The notes under the pieces: model-generated
The model's input: the letters and a program-made list of their open reading frames with translations, nothing else
Told to the model about the DNA's origin: nothing
Database searches by the model: none
Shown here: in pieces, positions 1 through 8,552 of the stretch
Layout: each line of letters begins with the position of its first letter
Numbering within the stretch: the stretch's first letter is position 1
Made by a program: the position numbers and the translations under genes
Source of the DNA: an uncultured Chloroflexia bacterium
Lineage (GTDB): Bacteria; Chloroflexota; Limnocylindria; Limnocylindrales; CSP1-4
DNA: 64,000 nt
Assembly: GCA_963746075.1 (NCBI GenBank)
Contig: CAVUZY010000007.1
Location: 50,451-114,450, forward strand
Direction of reading: 5' to 3'

Positions 1-1103
1 ACGACCAGGGCCTGCCTGCGCTCCGGCTCGCCCTCCACGACTGGACGATCGCATGGGATCGGCGGACGGGTGGCGCGTGGCTCGCCGGCCGGGCGCTCGA
101 CGGGGACGCCGATCGCCTCACCCGGCGGCTCGCGGAGGTCCGCCGGCGAATCCGGCCAGGTCGCCTGGCGCGGGCCGCCGCGCTGTCTTCCGCGGGTGAG
201 CCGGCGGCCGACGAGATCGCCTTCACGTCGTCTCTCAACCGGGCGGCGTACGAGGCGGGCGTCGAGGCCATCCGTGAGCGGATCGCCCGAGGGGATCTGT
301 ATCAGGCCAACCTGACCCGCCGCCTGGCCGCACCGTTCGACGGCGACCCGTGGCCGCTCTACCGCCGCCTCCGGACCGGCGATCCGTCGCTGTTCTCGGC
401 GTACGTCGACCTGGGCGGCGGCGCGCCGGGCCATGAGTCCGTCCTCGGCAACGCACCGGCCCGGCCGCGAGCCATCCTGTCGGCGTCGCCCGAGCCGTTC
501 CTCGCCATCTCGCCGCGCGGGGTCGTGTCGACCGATCCGATCAAGGGCACCCGGCCGCGCGGCCGGACCCGTCTGGAGGATCGCGCCCTCGCCCGCGAGC
601 TCCTCACGTCGGGCAAGGACCGGGCGGAGAACGTGATGATCGTCGACGTCCTGCGCAACGACCTCGGCCGGGTCTGCATCCCGGGCACGGTCCGCGTGCC
701 GCGTCTGTGCCGCCTGGAGCGAACCGCGGCCGTCCAGCATCTCGTGTCGACGGTCACGGGCCGGCTGGCGCCCGGCCGCGACCCGTTCGACCTGCTCCGA
801 GCGTCGTTCCCGGGCGGCTCGATCACGGGGGCGCCGAAGATCCGGGCGATGGAGATCCTGCGCGAGCTCGAGCCGACCCGGCGCGGGCCGTACACCGGGG
901 CGCTCGGCTGGATCGGACCGGATGGCGCGATGGCGACCTCGATCCTGATCCGAACGCTCGTCGCCGATGGGACCCGGCTGACGCTCCACGTCGGCGGCGG
1001 GATCACGTACCAGAGCGAGCCCGCGGCCGAGTGGGACGAGACGGTCGCCAAGGCGCGCGGACCGCTCACGGCGATCGGCGGGCGAGAGGTCGGGAGCGAG
1101 TGA
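1..1103 (+). CDS. pabB: Aminodeoxychorismate synthase component I / anthranilate synthase component I family (5' partial, one frameshift near 190)
   Basis: Translation gives RERIARGDLYQANLTRR, SASPEPFL, TDPIKGTRPRG, KDRAENVMIVDVLRNDLGRV and SFPGGSITGAPKIRAMEI (chorismate-binding domain). Confidence 0.85.
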   Translation, partial: DQGLPALRLALHDWTIAWDRRTGGAWLAGRALDGDADRLTRRLAEVRRRIRPGRLARAAALSSAGEPAADEIAFTSSLNRAAYEAGVEAIRERIARGDLYQANLTRRLAAPFDGDPWPLYRRLRTGDPSLFSAYVDLGGGAPGHESVLGNAPARPRAILSASPEPFLAISPRGVVSTDPIKGTRPRGRTRLEDRALARELLTSGKDRAENVMIVDVLRNDLGRVCIPGTVRVPRLCRLERTAAVQHLVSTVTGRLAPGRDPFDLLRASFPGGSITGAPKIRAMEILRELEPTRRGPYTGALGWIGPDGAMATSILIRTLVADGTRLTLHVGGGITYQSEPAAEWDETVAKARGPLTAIGGREVGSE

Positions 1104-2006
1104 CCGGTCCTTCGGCGACGCCGGGACACATCTGGGTCGATGGCCGGATCGAGCCGGCCGCGACGCCCGTCCTGACGGCGTTCGATCGTGGCTTCCAGCT
1201 CGGCGACGGCGTCTTCGAGACGCTTCGCGCCCGGGCCGGCCGCCCGACGGAGCTGGCCGAGCACGTGGCGCGGATGCGGCGGTCGGCGGCGGGGCTCGCG
1301 ATCGACCTTCCGGACGACCTCGAGCGGCGCCTGGCCGCCGCGATCGACGACCTGCTGGTCGTGCGACGGCCTCGGCGGGCCGGACGGCGACGCCAGTGTC
1401 CGGATCACCGTCTCGCGCGGGCCGTTCTTCGGGCGCGGCCTCCTGCCTCCCGAGGAGCACCCGAGCCCGACGATCGTCGTCCAGGCCTGGCCAGTGCCGC
1501 CCGCGCCGGCCTCGCACCTCGAGATCGGGCTGCACCTGATTCCCAGCAGCGTCCGGCGCGACCCCGAGAACCCGCTGAACGCCCTCAAGACGACGTCGCG
1601 GGCCGACTACGTCTACGCCCGGGTCGAGGCGCGGACGGCCGGCGCCGACGACGCCCTCTTCCTCACGATCGACGGCTACCTGTCCGAGGCGACGTCGGCC
1701 AACCTGTTTCTCGTCCGGGACGACGAGCTTTCCACGCCGGCCCTCGCCTGCGCGATCCTGCCCGGCACGACGCGCGACTGGATCCTGCGCTGGGGGACGT
1801 CCGTCGGGCTCACGACCGCGGAAGGCCTGCTGACGACGCGCGACCTGCACGAGGCCGACGAGGCGTTCCTGTCAAGCTCCGTGGCCGGGATCCTGCCGGT
1901 CACCCGCTTCGCCGGCGAGCCGATCGGACGTGGGCGGCCGGGCCCGTGGACCCTCCGGGCCCGGGCCGATCGCGACGCGTTCATCCGCGGCGACGCTGCC
2001 CCGTGA
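1100..2006 (+). CDS. Class IV PLP aminotransferase / aminodeoxychorismate lyase (PabC-like), frameshift near 1360
   Basis: GTG at 1100 overlaps the pabB stop. Motifs DRGFQLGDGVFETLR, LKTTSRADY, EATSANLF and ILPGTTR are split over two frames. Confidence 0.85.
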
Positions 2007-2377
2007 CCCGCGACGAGCTCATCAGCCGCACGCGCCAGCTCGTCGAGGAGGGCGACCGGCTCCAGGCACAGCCGACCCTGCGCGGCCTCCAGACGTGGCT
2101 CCAGCTCAGCGACGACCTGCTCGTCCGGGCCTGGGGCTCGATGGACCGCTACCACCTCGCCTGGCTGATGGTCGGCAAGCCGAAGCAGATCGTCCGCGGC
2201 CGGCCGCTGACGCCGGACGAAGAGGCGGCCTACGTGCGCGAGGTCGCCGAGGCGAAGACGTCGGCGCTGCGGATGAGCCTCGATGCCGTCGACCGCCAGG
2301 GCATGCCGTTCGTCGGCGAGGAGGAAGGGATGGCACCCGGCCAGGGCATGGGCTCGGTGCCGGGCGAGCCCCGATGA
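2003..2377 (+). CDS. Hypothetical protein (124 aa, predicted helical)
   Basis: GTGA start/stop overlap with the upstream gene; natural composition MTRDELISRTRQLVEEGDRL...; GC3-rich codons. Confidence 0.7.
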   Translation: MTRDELISRTRQLVEEGDRLQAQPTLRGLQTWLQLSDDLLVRAWGSMDRYHLAWLMVGKPKQIVRGRPLTPDEEAAYVREVAEAKTSALRMSLDAVDRQGMPFVGEEEGMAPGQGMGSVPGEPR

Positions 2378-2408
2378 TCGCGGCAGGCACAGTCCGCGGC
2401 ACGCGACG

Positions 2409-3716
2409 GTGACCGCGGCAGACGCCGTCGTCGCCGTCGGCGGCCAGCGCCGCGTCCCTGTCCCCGACCGGGTCGCGGAGGACTACCTCCTCCTGGCCCT
2501 TCGTCTGGACCAGCACATCCCCGGGCTCGTCGACGGCTACTTCGGCCCGGCCGAGCTCAAGGCGCGGGCCGACATCGAGGAGCTTCGCCCGCCCGCCCGG
2601 CTCATCGACGACGCCGGCCGCCTCCTGGAGCGGATCGCGAGCGAGATCGCGGAGCCCGACCGGCGCGGCTGGCTGACCGCCCAGGTCGTCGCCCTCCGGA
2701 CCCAGGCCGAGGCGCGCGCCGGGATGGCGCTTCCCTATCTCGAGCACGTCGAGCGCTGCTTCCAGCTCGCACCGATCCGGCGCGACGAGGCCGTGTTCGA
2801 CGCGGCGGCCGCCAAGATCGACGAGCTCCTTCCCGGCCCGGGCCTGATCGCGGACCGACTCCAGGCCTGGGACGAGCGATTCACGATCCCGCGCGACCGC
2901 CTGGCGGACATCCTGGAGTGGCTCGTGGCGCGCTTCCGAGCCCGGGCCGCGACGTTGTTCCGGGTACCAGACGGCGATGATCTCCGGATCCGGATGGTCA
3001 CCCACCAGCCGTGGACCGGCTACAACTGGTACGACGGCGGCCGCCGTTCGCGGTTCGACCTGAACACAGACCTCCCGTCGCGCGCCGCCGAGTTGATCCA
3101 CGTGGCCGCCCACGAGACGTACCCCGGCCACCATCTGGAGCACGTCACCAAGGAAGCCGAGCTCGTCGATCGGCTCCACCGGATGGAGTCGAGCATCCTT
3201 CTGATCAACACGCCGGAGTGCCTGATCAGCGAGGGGCTGGCCGACCTCGGCCACCGGTTCGCCTCACCACCGGACGACGAAGCCGGCCTCCTGGTCGAGC
3301 TCTACGAGCGGGCCGGTCTGCCCGTCGCCGCGGATCCGGTTGCCGCCCGGGAAGCCGCGGCGACCACGGTCGCTCTGGCCGCGCCGCGCCGCACGATGAG
3401 CGAGAGCCGGGTGAACGCCGCGCTGCTCCGTCACGCGGACGGCGCCGGGCACGACGACGTCCTGGCCTGGCTTCAGCGGGTCGGACGGTTCGCGCCGGCC
3501 ACCGCCGCCAAGCGGCTCGAGTTCATCGAGCATCCCCTGTGGCGAACCTACGTCTTCGTGTACCACGAGGGCGAAGCCCTTCTCCGGCGCTGGCTCGAGG
3601 CCGTGCCGGAGGCCAATCGGGCGCCCCGGTTCGGGCGCCTCCTCCGCGAGCAGCTGACCCCGAGCGCGATCGCCGCGGAGCTGGACGGACCGGGAACCGT
3701 CAGGGCGTCTTCTTGA
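2409..3716 (+). CDS. DUF885-like putative zinc metallopeptidase
   Basis: HVAAHETYPGHHLEH and a downstream EGLA resemble the DUF885 HExxPGHH...EGxA motif. Confidence 0.6.
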   Translation: MTAADAVVAVGGQRRVPVPDRVAEDYLLLALRLDQHIPGLVDGYFGPAELKARADIEELRPPARLIDDAGRLLERIASEIAEPDRRGWLTAQVVALRTQAEARAGMALPYLEHVERCFQLAPIRRDEAVFDAAAAKIDELLPGPGLIADRLQAWDERFTIPRDRLADILEWLVARFRARAATLFRVPDGDDLRIRMVTHQPWTGYNWYDGGRRSRFDLNTDLPSRAAELIHVAAHETYPGHHLEHVTKEAELVDRLHRMESSILLINTPECLISEGLADLGHRFASPPDDEAGLLVELYERAGLPVAADPVAAREAAATTVALAAPRRTMSESRVNAALLRHADGAGHDDVLAWLQRVGRFAPATAAKRLEFIEHPLWRTYVFVYHEGEALLRRWLEAVPEANRAPRFGRLLREQLTPSAIAAELDGPGTVRASS

Positions 3717-4146
3717 TGCTCGTCGTCATGGCCGCGTCGTCGATGCGATACGCGTAGCACGTCACGTCGCGATCCCCGTCGTTCCAGTCCTGGTCGCGCG
3801 GGTAGAACGCCCCGAAGTCGAGGTTGCCCGAGCTGGCGGCCGTCTCACCGACATACGAGACGAAGACCGGCGCGCAGGCGGACGTCAGGTAGTCGATCAG
3901 CTGCGCCTCGGTCAGCGGCGGCGTGCCCTTGGCCGCCGGGTGGGTCACCAGCACGAACACCTCGCCGGTGTGGGCCTCGGTGCACGGATGGTGCTGAACG
4001 TCCTTGATGTCGACGTTGGCCGTCGGCACATCGAAGCAGTCGCCGACCGCGAGGTCCGCGGCGCTGCTCGAAAGTCGGTCCCGGAAGATGAAGGCGCCGA
4101 GCGCAATGACGGCGATGATTCCGATCCTGAAGATCCAGCCACGCAT
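3700..4146 (-). CDS. Septum formation family protein (N-terminal TM/signal, Cys-containing extracellular domain)
   Basis: GDCFDVP...HHPCTEAHTGEV...C...WNDGDRDVTCY pattern. Confidence 0.75.
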   Translation of the reverse strand: MRGWIFRIGIIAVIALGAFIFRDRLSSSAADLAVGDCFDVPTANVDIKDVQHHPCTEAHTGEVFVLVTHPAAKGTPPLTEAQLIDYLTSACAPVFVSYVGETAASSGNLDFGAFYPRDQDWNDGDRDVTCYAYRIDDAAMTTSIKKTP

Positions 4147-4240
4147 GTCCACTCCCCTTCGCTTCGCCGGACGGATGCGAGGTGGGCTCCGGCGCGCCCA
4201 TCCTACGAAACCACGCGACCGTGCGCGGTGCGTTTGTCGA

Positions 4241-4759
4241 TCAGCGTGGGGCGCCGCGGTGGATGAAGACGATTCGGTCCTCGCCCTCGGCCTCGTAATC
4301 GGGGTACGCCGGCGTTCCGTGGATATTCTGGGTTCCCGGGCCGTCGTCGAGCCGAAAGCCCACCGCCCGGAAGAAGGCGACCGCGATCGGCTCGCCGGGC
4401 CACGCCAGCGCCGTCACGGTCGTGCTCCCCGCATCGGCCGCATCCGCCAGGAACGAGCCGATCAGCGCCCGCCCGATCCCGCGCCGGCGGTGGCTGGGAT
4501 GGACGCCGACGAGATGAAGGATCGCTTCGCCCCGACGATCCTGGCTCCGATAGCCGATGAGGAAGCCGATCGGCTGTCCGGTGCCGTCTTCCGCCAGCCA
4601 CGAGGTGGAGGCGACGTGGCGGAACCAGGCCCGCACGACGAGGTGACGGACCCGCCGGCCGCCGAACCAGTCGTCCACGACCTTGACGACGCGGGCCTGG
4701 TCGGCCTCGGTCGGGCGCCGGACGAGGAGCTCGGCGCCGTCATCGTGCCGCGCCGTCAC
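4241..4759 (-). CDS. GNAT family N-acetyltransferase
   Basis: VGVHPSHRRRGIGRAL acetyl-CoA motif A; AVAFFRAVGF. Confidence 0.85.
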   Translation of the reverse strand: MTARHDDGAELLVRRPTEADQARVVKVVDDWFGGRRVRHLVVRAWFRHVASTSWLAEDGTGQPIGFLIGYRSQDRRGEAILHLVGVHPSHRRRGIGRALIGSFLADAADAGSTTVTALAWPGEPIAVAFFRAVGFRLDDGPGTQNIHGTPAYPDYEAEGEDRIVFIHRGAPR

Positions 4760-5199
4760 CGCGACGCCGCTGCCGCGAGCCCGCCCCCGCCGAGCAGGCA
4801 CAGGACGACCACCACCGGCCCGTGGACCTCGAGGAGGTAGGTGATCGGGTCCAGGACGCCGCCCTCGAGGCGGCCGAACAGCCACACGCCGAGCAGGCCG
4901 ACGACGACCACGGCGAGGCCGACGGCGGCCGCCCGACCCGGCGGTGAGACCAGGCGGCCGGTCAGCCAGCCCAGGACGAAGCTCAGGATGACGAGGCCGG
5001 CGGTGATCAGCAGGATTCCCCCGAGCACGACGAACGCGACTCCGCCACCGACGATCAGCCCGAGCGGGACGGCGATGGCGTCGAGCCGGGTCGGGCCCTG
5101 GTCCCTGACCGCGGGCGTCGGGGTTGGGCCGTAGCGGTCGCTCGGCGGCCGGTCCAGGCGCGGCGGTCGCTCGCCGGGCTGGTTGACGGGGGTGGTCAC
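4756..5199 (-). CDS. Membrane protein (about 4 TM helices, Pro-rich N-terminus)
   Basis: Several hydrophobic segments; stop overlaps the GNAT start. Confidence 0.65.
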   Translation of the reverse strand: MTTPVNQPGERPPRLDRPPSDRYGPTPTPAVRDQGPTRLDAIAVPLGLIVGGGVAFVVLGGILLITAGLVILSFVLGWLTGRLVSPPGRAAAVGLAVVVVGLLGVWLFGRLEGGVLDPITYLLEVHGPVVVVLCLLGGGGLAAAASR

Positions 5200-5287
5200 C
5201 GGGCCATCGTATCGGCTTCGGTTGCCGGGCCCCCGGCTGCCGCTCTGCGTGCGCACACCGATCCGGCGGCACGCTAGACTGCCGAAC

Positions 5288-5770
5288 GTGAGCCATCCCT
5301 CTCTCGGTCTTCCGCCGAATGACCAGATCTCGGCGCTGCCCGCCGCCGCCGGCCGGGTCGACGCCGCCCGCGAGCGACTGGCCGCGCGCGCCCTCGAGAT
5401 CGCCCTCGACCGAGATCCCACGATGCGCGACCGCCATGACGAGTACGCCATGCGCCGTCTCCTGCGCGATACCGTCGCGCTGGTCGATCGGGTGGTCGAA
5501 TCCATGGCCGCCGACGACACCGAGCCGGCCCGCTCGTTCGCCGAGGCGACGCCGCCGGCCTACCGCCGCCGGAAGGTCCCCATGAACGACCTGATCACGC
5601 TGTGCGAGGCTGTTCGGGCGGCGATCGGCGCGACCCTGGCACGGGGCGACATGAGCATCGTCGATGCGTCGATCGACGCGATGATCGAGCGGTTCAAGTG
5701 GCACGGCCGGATCGCCGGCGACGCTCGCAAGAAGAACCGCCTCCTCCAGGCGATCTACAAGGGCGCCTGA
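5288..5770 (+). CDS. Globin-fold, phycobiliprotein-like hypothetical protein
   Basis: Pattern AAAGRV...RRLLRDTVALVDRV...AADDTEP...YRRRKVP...LITLCEAVR resembles the phycocyanin/allophycocyanin core (recognised by eye). Confidence 0.5.
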   Translation: MSHPSLGLPPNDQISALPAAAGRVDAARERLAARALEIALDRDPTMRDRHDEYAMRRLLRDTVALVDRVVESMAADDTEPARSFAEATPPAYRRRKVPMNDLITLCEAVRAAIGATLARGDMSIVDASIDAMIERFKWHGRIAGDARKKNRLLQAIYKGA

Positions 5771-5773
5771 GCG

Positions 5774-6109
5774 ATGACGATCAAGTGGGTCCAGGTCGAC
5801 CCGCTCGTCATGAACGGCGAGCCCTTCTGCTACGGCTCACGGCTGACGGTCCGCCAGCTCCTCGAGCTGCGCAGCAACGGGTTCGACCTCGCCCGGCTGA
5901 TGAAGGACCACCCCGAGCTCAAGCGGGTCGGGATCGCGGCGGCCTACACGTACGCCGCTGACCATCGCGACCGCTACGCCGACTTCTTCGAGCCCGACGG
6001 CTCGCTGGCCGGCCCCGGCTACGACGAGGCGGAGGCCGACGGGCTGCCGGAGCAGTACCGTCGGCCGGGGATCGTCATCAAGCCGGCCGCGGCTCCGACC
6101 GGCGGCTGA
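5774..6109 (+). CDS. DUF433 domain protein (antitoxin-like HTH)
   Basis: VDPLVMNGEPFCYGSRLTVRQLLEL...HPEL...IAAAYTYA matches the DUF433 pattern. Confidence 0.8.
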   Translation: MTIKWVQVDPLVMNGEPFCYGSRLTVRQLLELRSNGFDLARLMKDHPELKRVGIAAAYTYAADHRDRYADFFEPDGSLAGPGYDEAEADGLPEQYRRPGIVIKPAAAPTGG

Positions 6110-6119
6110 CCCAGGCGCG

Positions 6120-6302
6120 ATGCCGAACGTCGGACCGTTCGAGATCGCTCTCGTCGTGGTCTACGTCGTGGTCGTCGTCGCGATCATCGCCCTGCCGATC
6201 TTCGTCCTGCGCGAGATGCGCCACCGCGGTCACCAGCTCGACCGGATCGAGCGCCGGCTGAATGACCTCGACGGCCGGGGCGGCCCGCCCGACCCCCGCT
6301 GA
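6120..6302 (+). CDS. Small single-pass membrane protein (60 aa)
   Basis: MPNVGPFEIALVVVYVVVVVAIIALPIFVL followed by a charged tail; fits between neighbouring genes. Confidence 0.6.
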   Translation: MPNVGPFEIALVVVYVVVVVAIIALPIFVLREMRHRGHQLDRIERRLNDLDGRGGPPDPR

Positions 6303-6362
6303 CGGGCTCCCGTGGCGTGCTGCGAGGCGGCCGATTTCGGGCTCGGTGGTAGGATCGAGCGG

Positions 6363-6752
6363 ATGACTGACACGACGACCGACCCGAACGCCGCGCCGGC
6401 TCCGGCCGCACCCGCCGCCGATGCCGCGCCCGAGGTGTTCGACGCCTCCGCCGGCGGCGCCGCCTTCGACCCCCAGCGGCGTGCGACGGAGCTCGCGATT
6501 CTCGACGCGCTGCGGGCCGTCGTCGACCCCGAGATCGGGATGAACGTCGTCGAGCTGGCCCTGATCAAGCAGATCATCCTCGGTCCGGACTCGACCGAGG
6601 TGAAGATGATCCTCACCACGCCGTTCTGTCCGTATGCCGGCTCGATGATCCAGCAGGTCAAGGATCAGGCGGAGTCCGTCGTGGAGCACGAGGTCAAGGT
6701 GACGCTGCTGGCCGAGCGCTGGGACCCGCGCGACGCCGGGCTGATGTGGTGA
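6363..6752 (+). CDS. SufT/DUF59 Fe-S cluster assembly protein
   Basis: ILDALRAVVDPEIGMNVVELALI and MILTTPFCPYA are DUF59 signatures. Confidence 0.85.
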   Translation: MTDTTTDPNAAPAPAAPAADAAPEVFDASAGGAAFDPQRRATELAILDALRAVVDPEIGMNVVELALIKQIILGPDSTEVKMILTTPFCPYAGSMIQQVKDQAESVVEHEVKVTLLAERWDPRDAGLMW

Positions 6753-6777
6753 TCGAGCCGACCCTCGGCTGAGCCCG

Positions 6778-7434
6778 GTGACCGATCCCGACGCCTCCGC
6801 CCCCGTCAATTCCGCCGTCGCGACGCGGCGCGGGGACGACGGCACGACCGGCCTCCTGTTCGGCGGTGAGCGGATCGCCAAGGACGACCTCCGGACCGAT
6901 GCCTACGGCACGATCGACGAGGGTGTCGCGGCGCTCGGGCTGGTCCGGGCGCAGCTTGCCTCGACCCACCCCGGCGGCCTCGAGCTCGCCGTCGGCGACC
7001 TCGCCGCGCTCGTCCTCCGGATCCAGCGCGAGCTGTTCGTCGCAGCCGCCGAGCTCGCAACCCAGCCGGCGGCCTGGGATCGCCAGGTCGACGGCGTCAG
7101 CCGGGTCACCGCAACGATGGTCGACGGGGTGGACGCCCTGCTCCGCGACGCCGAGGCCACGATCGTCATGCCGACGGAGTTCGTCGTTCCCGGCGAGACG
7201 CTCGTCAGCGCGGCGCTGGAGCTGGCCCGGACCATCGTCCGGCGATCCGAACGAAGGGCAGTGACGCTCGGTGCGGAGGGATTGATTCCGGGACCGCATT
7301 TGCTACCGTACCTGAACCGCCTCGCGGATCTGCTCTGGGTTCTCGCACGAGCGGCGGAACAGGCCGAGGCGCGGTCGGCCCCGCCATCACGACCAGATCG
7401 ACGGAAGGCACCCGCCACGAGGAGCGAACGATGA
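6778..7434 (+). CDS. PduO-type cob(I)alamin adenosyltransferase
   Basis: TRRGDDGTTGL, AYGTIDE, IQRELF, ARTIVRRSER and YLNRLADLLWVLAR. Confidence 0.9.
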   Translation: MTDPDASAPVNSAVATRRGDDGTTGLLFGGERIAKDDLRTDAYGTIDEGVAALGLVRAQLASTHPGGLELAVGDLAALVLRIQRELFVAAAELATQPAAWDRQVDGVSRVTATMVDGVDALLRDAEATIVMPTEFVVPGETLVSAALELARTIVRRSERRAVTLGAEGLIPGPHLLPYLNRLADLLWVLARAAEQAEARSAPPSRPDRRKAPATRSER

Positions 7435-8135
7435 GCTTCAACGACCAATACGGCGCAGCGCCGTCCACCCTCGGCGTCCGGCCGTCGACGGAGCTGGCGA
7501 CCAGGTTCCTCAGCCAGTCATTCGGCTGGATGTTCGCCGGGCTCCTCCTGACCGCCGTCATCGCCTTCATCGTCCAGGGCCAGCCATCGATCATCCGGGC
7601 CGTCCGCCCGCTGTGGTTCGTGCTCGTCTTCGGCCAGCTCGGTCTCGGGATCGCGATCCAGGGCCTGATGCCGCGGATGACGGCGACCCTCGGACTCGGC
7701 CTGTTCTTTGTCTTCGCGGCGACGATGGGCATCACCGTCGGCGTGATCGTCTCGCTCTACCGGGTGGAGTCGGTGATCACGTCGTTCGTTGCTGCCTCGG
7801 CGATGTTCGGAGCGGCCGCCGTCTACGGGGCGACGACCAAGCGCAGCCTGACCTCGCTCGGCGGCTTCCTGTTCATGGGCATGATCGGATTGCTCGTGGC
7901 GTCGGTCGTGAACATCTTCCTCGGCAGCAGCCCGCTCGGCTGGGCGATCGCGCTGATCGGCGTGATCGTCTTCACCGTGTACACCGCCTACGACGTCCAG
8001 CGGATCTCGTACGGCGACTACGCGGCGTCGCTCGGCTCGGTCGAGAAGGCGTCGGTCCTCGGTGCGATCCACCTGTACATCAACTTCGTGAACATCTTCC
8101 TGTTCCTGCTCCGGCTGATGGGGTCGCGTCGCTAG
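7431..8135 (+). CDS. Bax inhibitor-1/YccA family membrane protein
   Basis: Seven hydrophobic segments; TAYDVQRI and LYINFVNIFLFLLRL. Confidence 0.9.
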   Translation: MSFNDQYGAAPSTLGVRPSTELATRFLSQSFGWMFAGLLLTAVIAFIVQGQPSIIRAVRPLWFVLVFGQLGLGIAIQGLMPRMTATLGLGLFFVFAATMGITVGVIVSLYRVESVITSFVAASAMFGAAAVYGATTKRSLTSLGGFLFMGMIGLLVASVVNIFLGSSPLGWAIALIGVIVFTVYTAYDVQRISYGDYAASLGSVEKASVLGAIHLYINFVNIFLFLLRLMGSRR

Positions 8136-8158
8136 CGCCCCGGCAGCACGCACGAACG

Positions 8159-8185
8159 ACGGCCCCGTCCAGGACGGGGCCGTTT
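8159..8185 (+). terminator. Intrinsic terminator hairpin after the YccA-family gene
   Basis: acggccccgtcc / ggacggggccgt perfect inverted repeat followed by a short T run. Confidence 0.75.
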
Positions 8186-8243
8186 CGATTCCTGCGGACG
8201 CGTGGGGTCCCGACCGGGGCGCGCTCTGCGCCGGCAGGGAAGC

Positions 8244-8314
8244 TGAGCGCGCCGAGCCGCCCGGACGTTGAGCGCGCCGAGCCGCCCGGGAACTGAGGGC
8301 GCCCGAGGCGCCCG
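8244..8314. repeat. Tandem direct repeat, 25-bp period, 2 exact 21-mers plus 1 degenerate copy
   Basis: tgagcgcgccgagccgcccgg at 8244 and 8269; tgagggcgcccgaggcgcccg at 8294. Confidence 0.8.
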
Positions 8315-8319
8315 AAAGG

Positions 8320-8488
8320 TTGCCAAATATTCGCCCGCGGACTGCTTGGCGCGGATCACGCCCCGAATTCGAGGACAAACGGGCCATCTATGCCTTCGCG
8401 TTAGCCGCAGACGGCAACGTTGCCGCTCGAGGAGCCGCGGACGACTCGAGCATCGAGCCGAAGAGTCCGGGGGCGAATATTCGGCCAA
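8320..8488. repeat. Imperfect palindromic intergenic element (MITE/REP-like candidate)
   Basis: 8323-8353 and the reverse complement of 8454-8484 match at 25/31 positions; the perfect 14-bp palindrome cggcaacgttgccg lies at 8412-8425. Confidence 0.6.
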
Positions 8489-8552
8489 GTTTGGCATGGA
8501 CCGCCGCCACGCCACGGAATGCCTCTCGAGTATTGCGCCAGGCACCGCTTGG

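Noticed and set aside
8244-8314. CRISPR array
   Set aside because: Spacers are only 4 nt, there are only three copies, and no cas genes are present.
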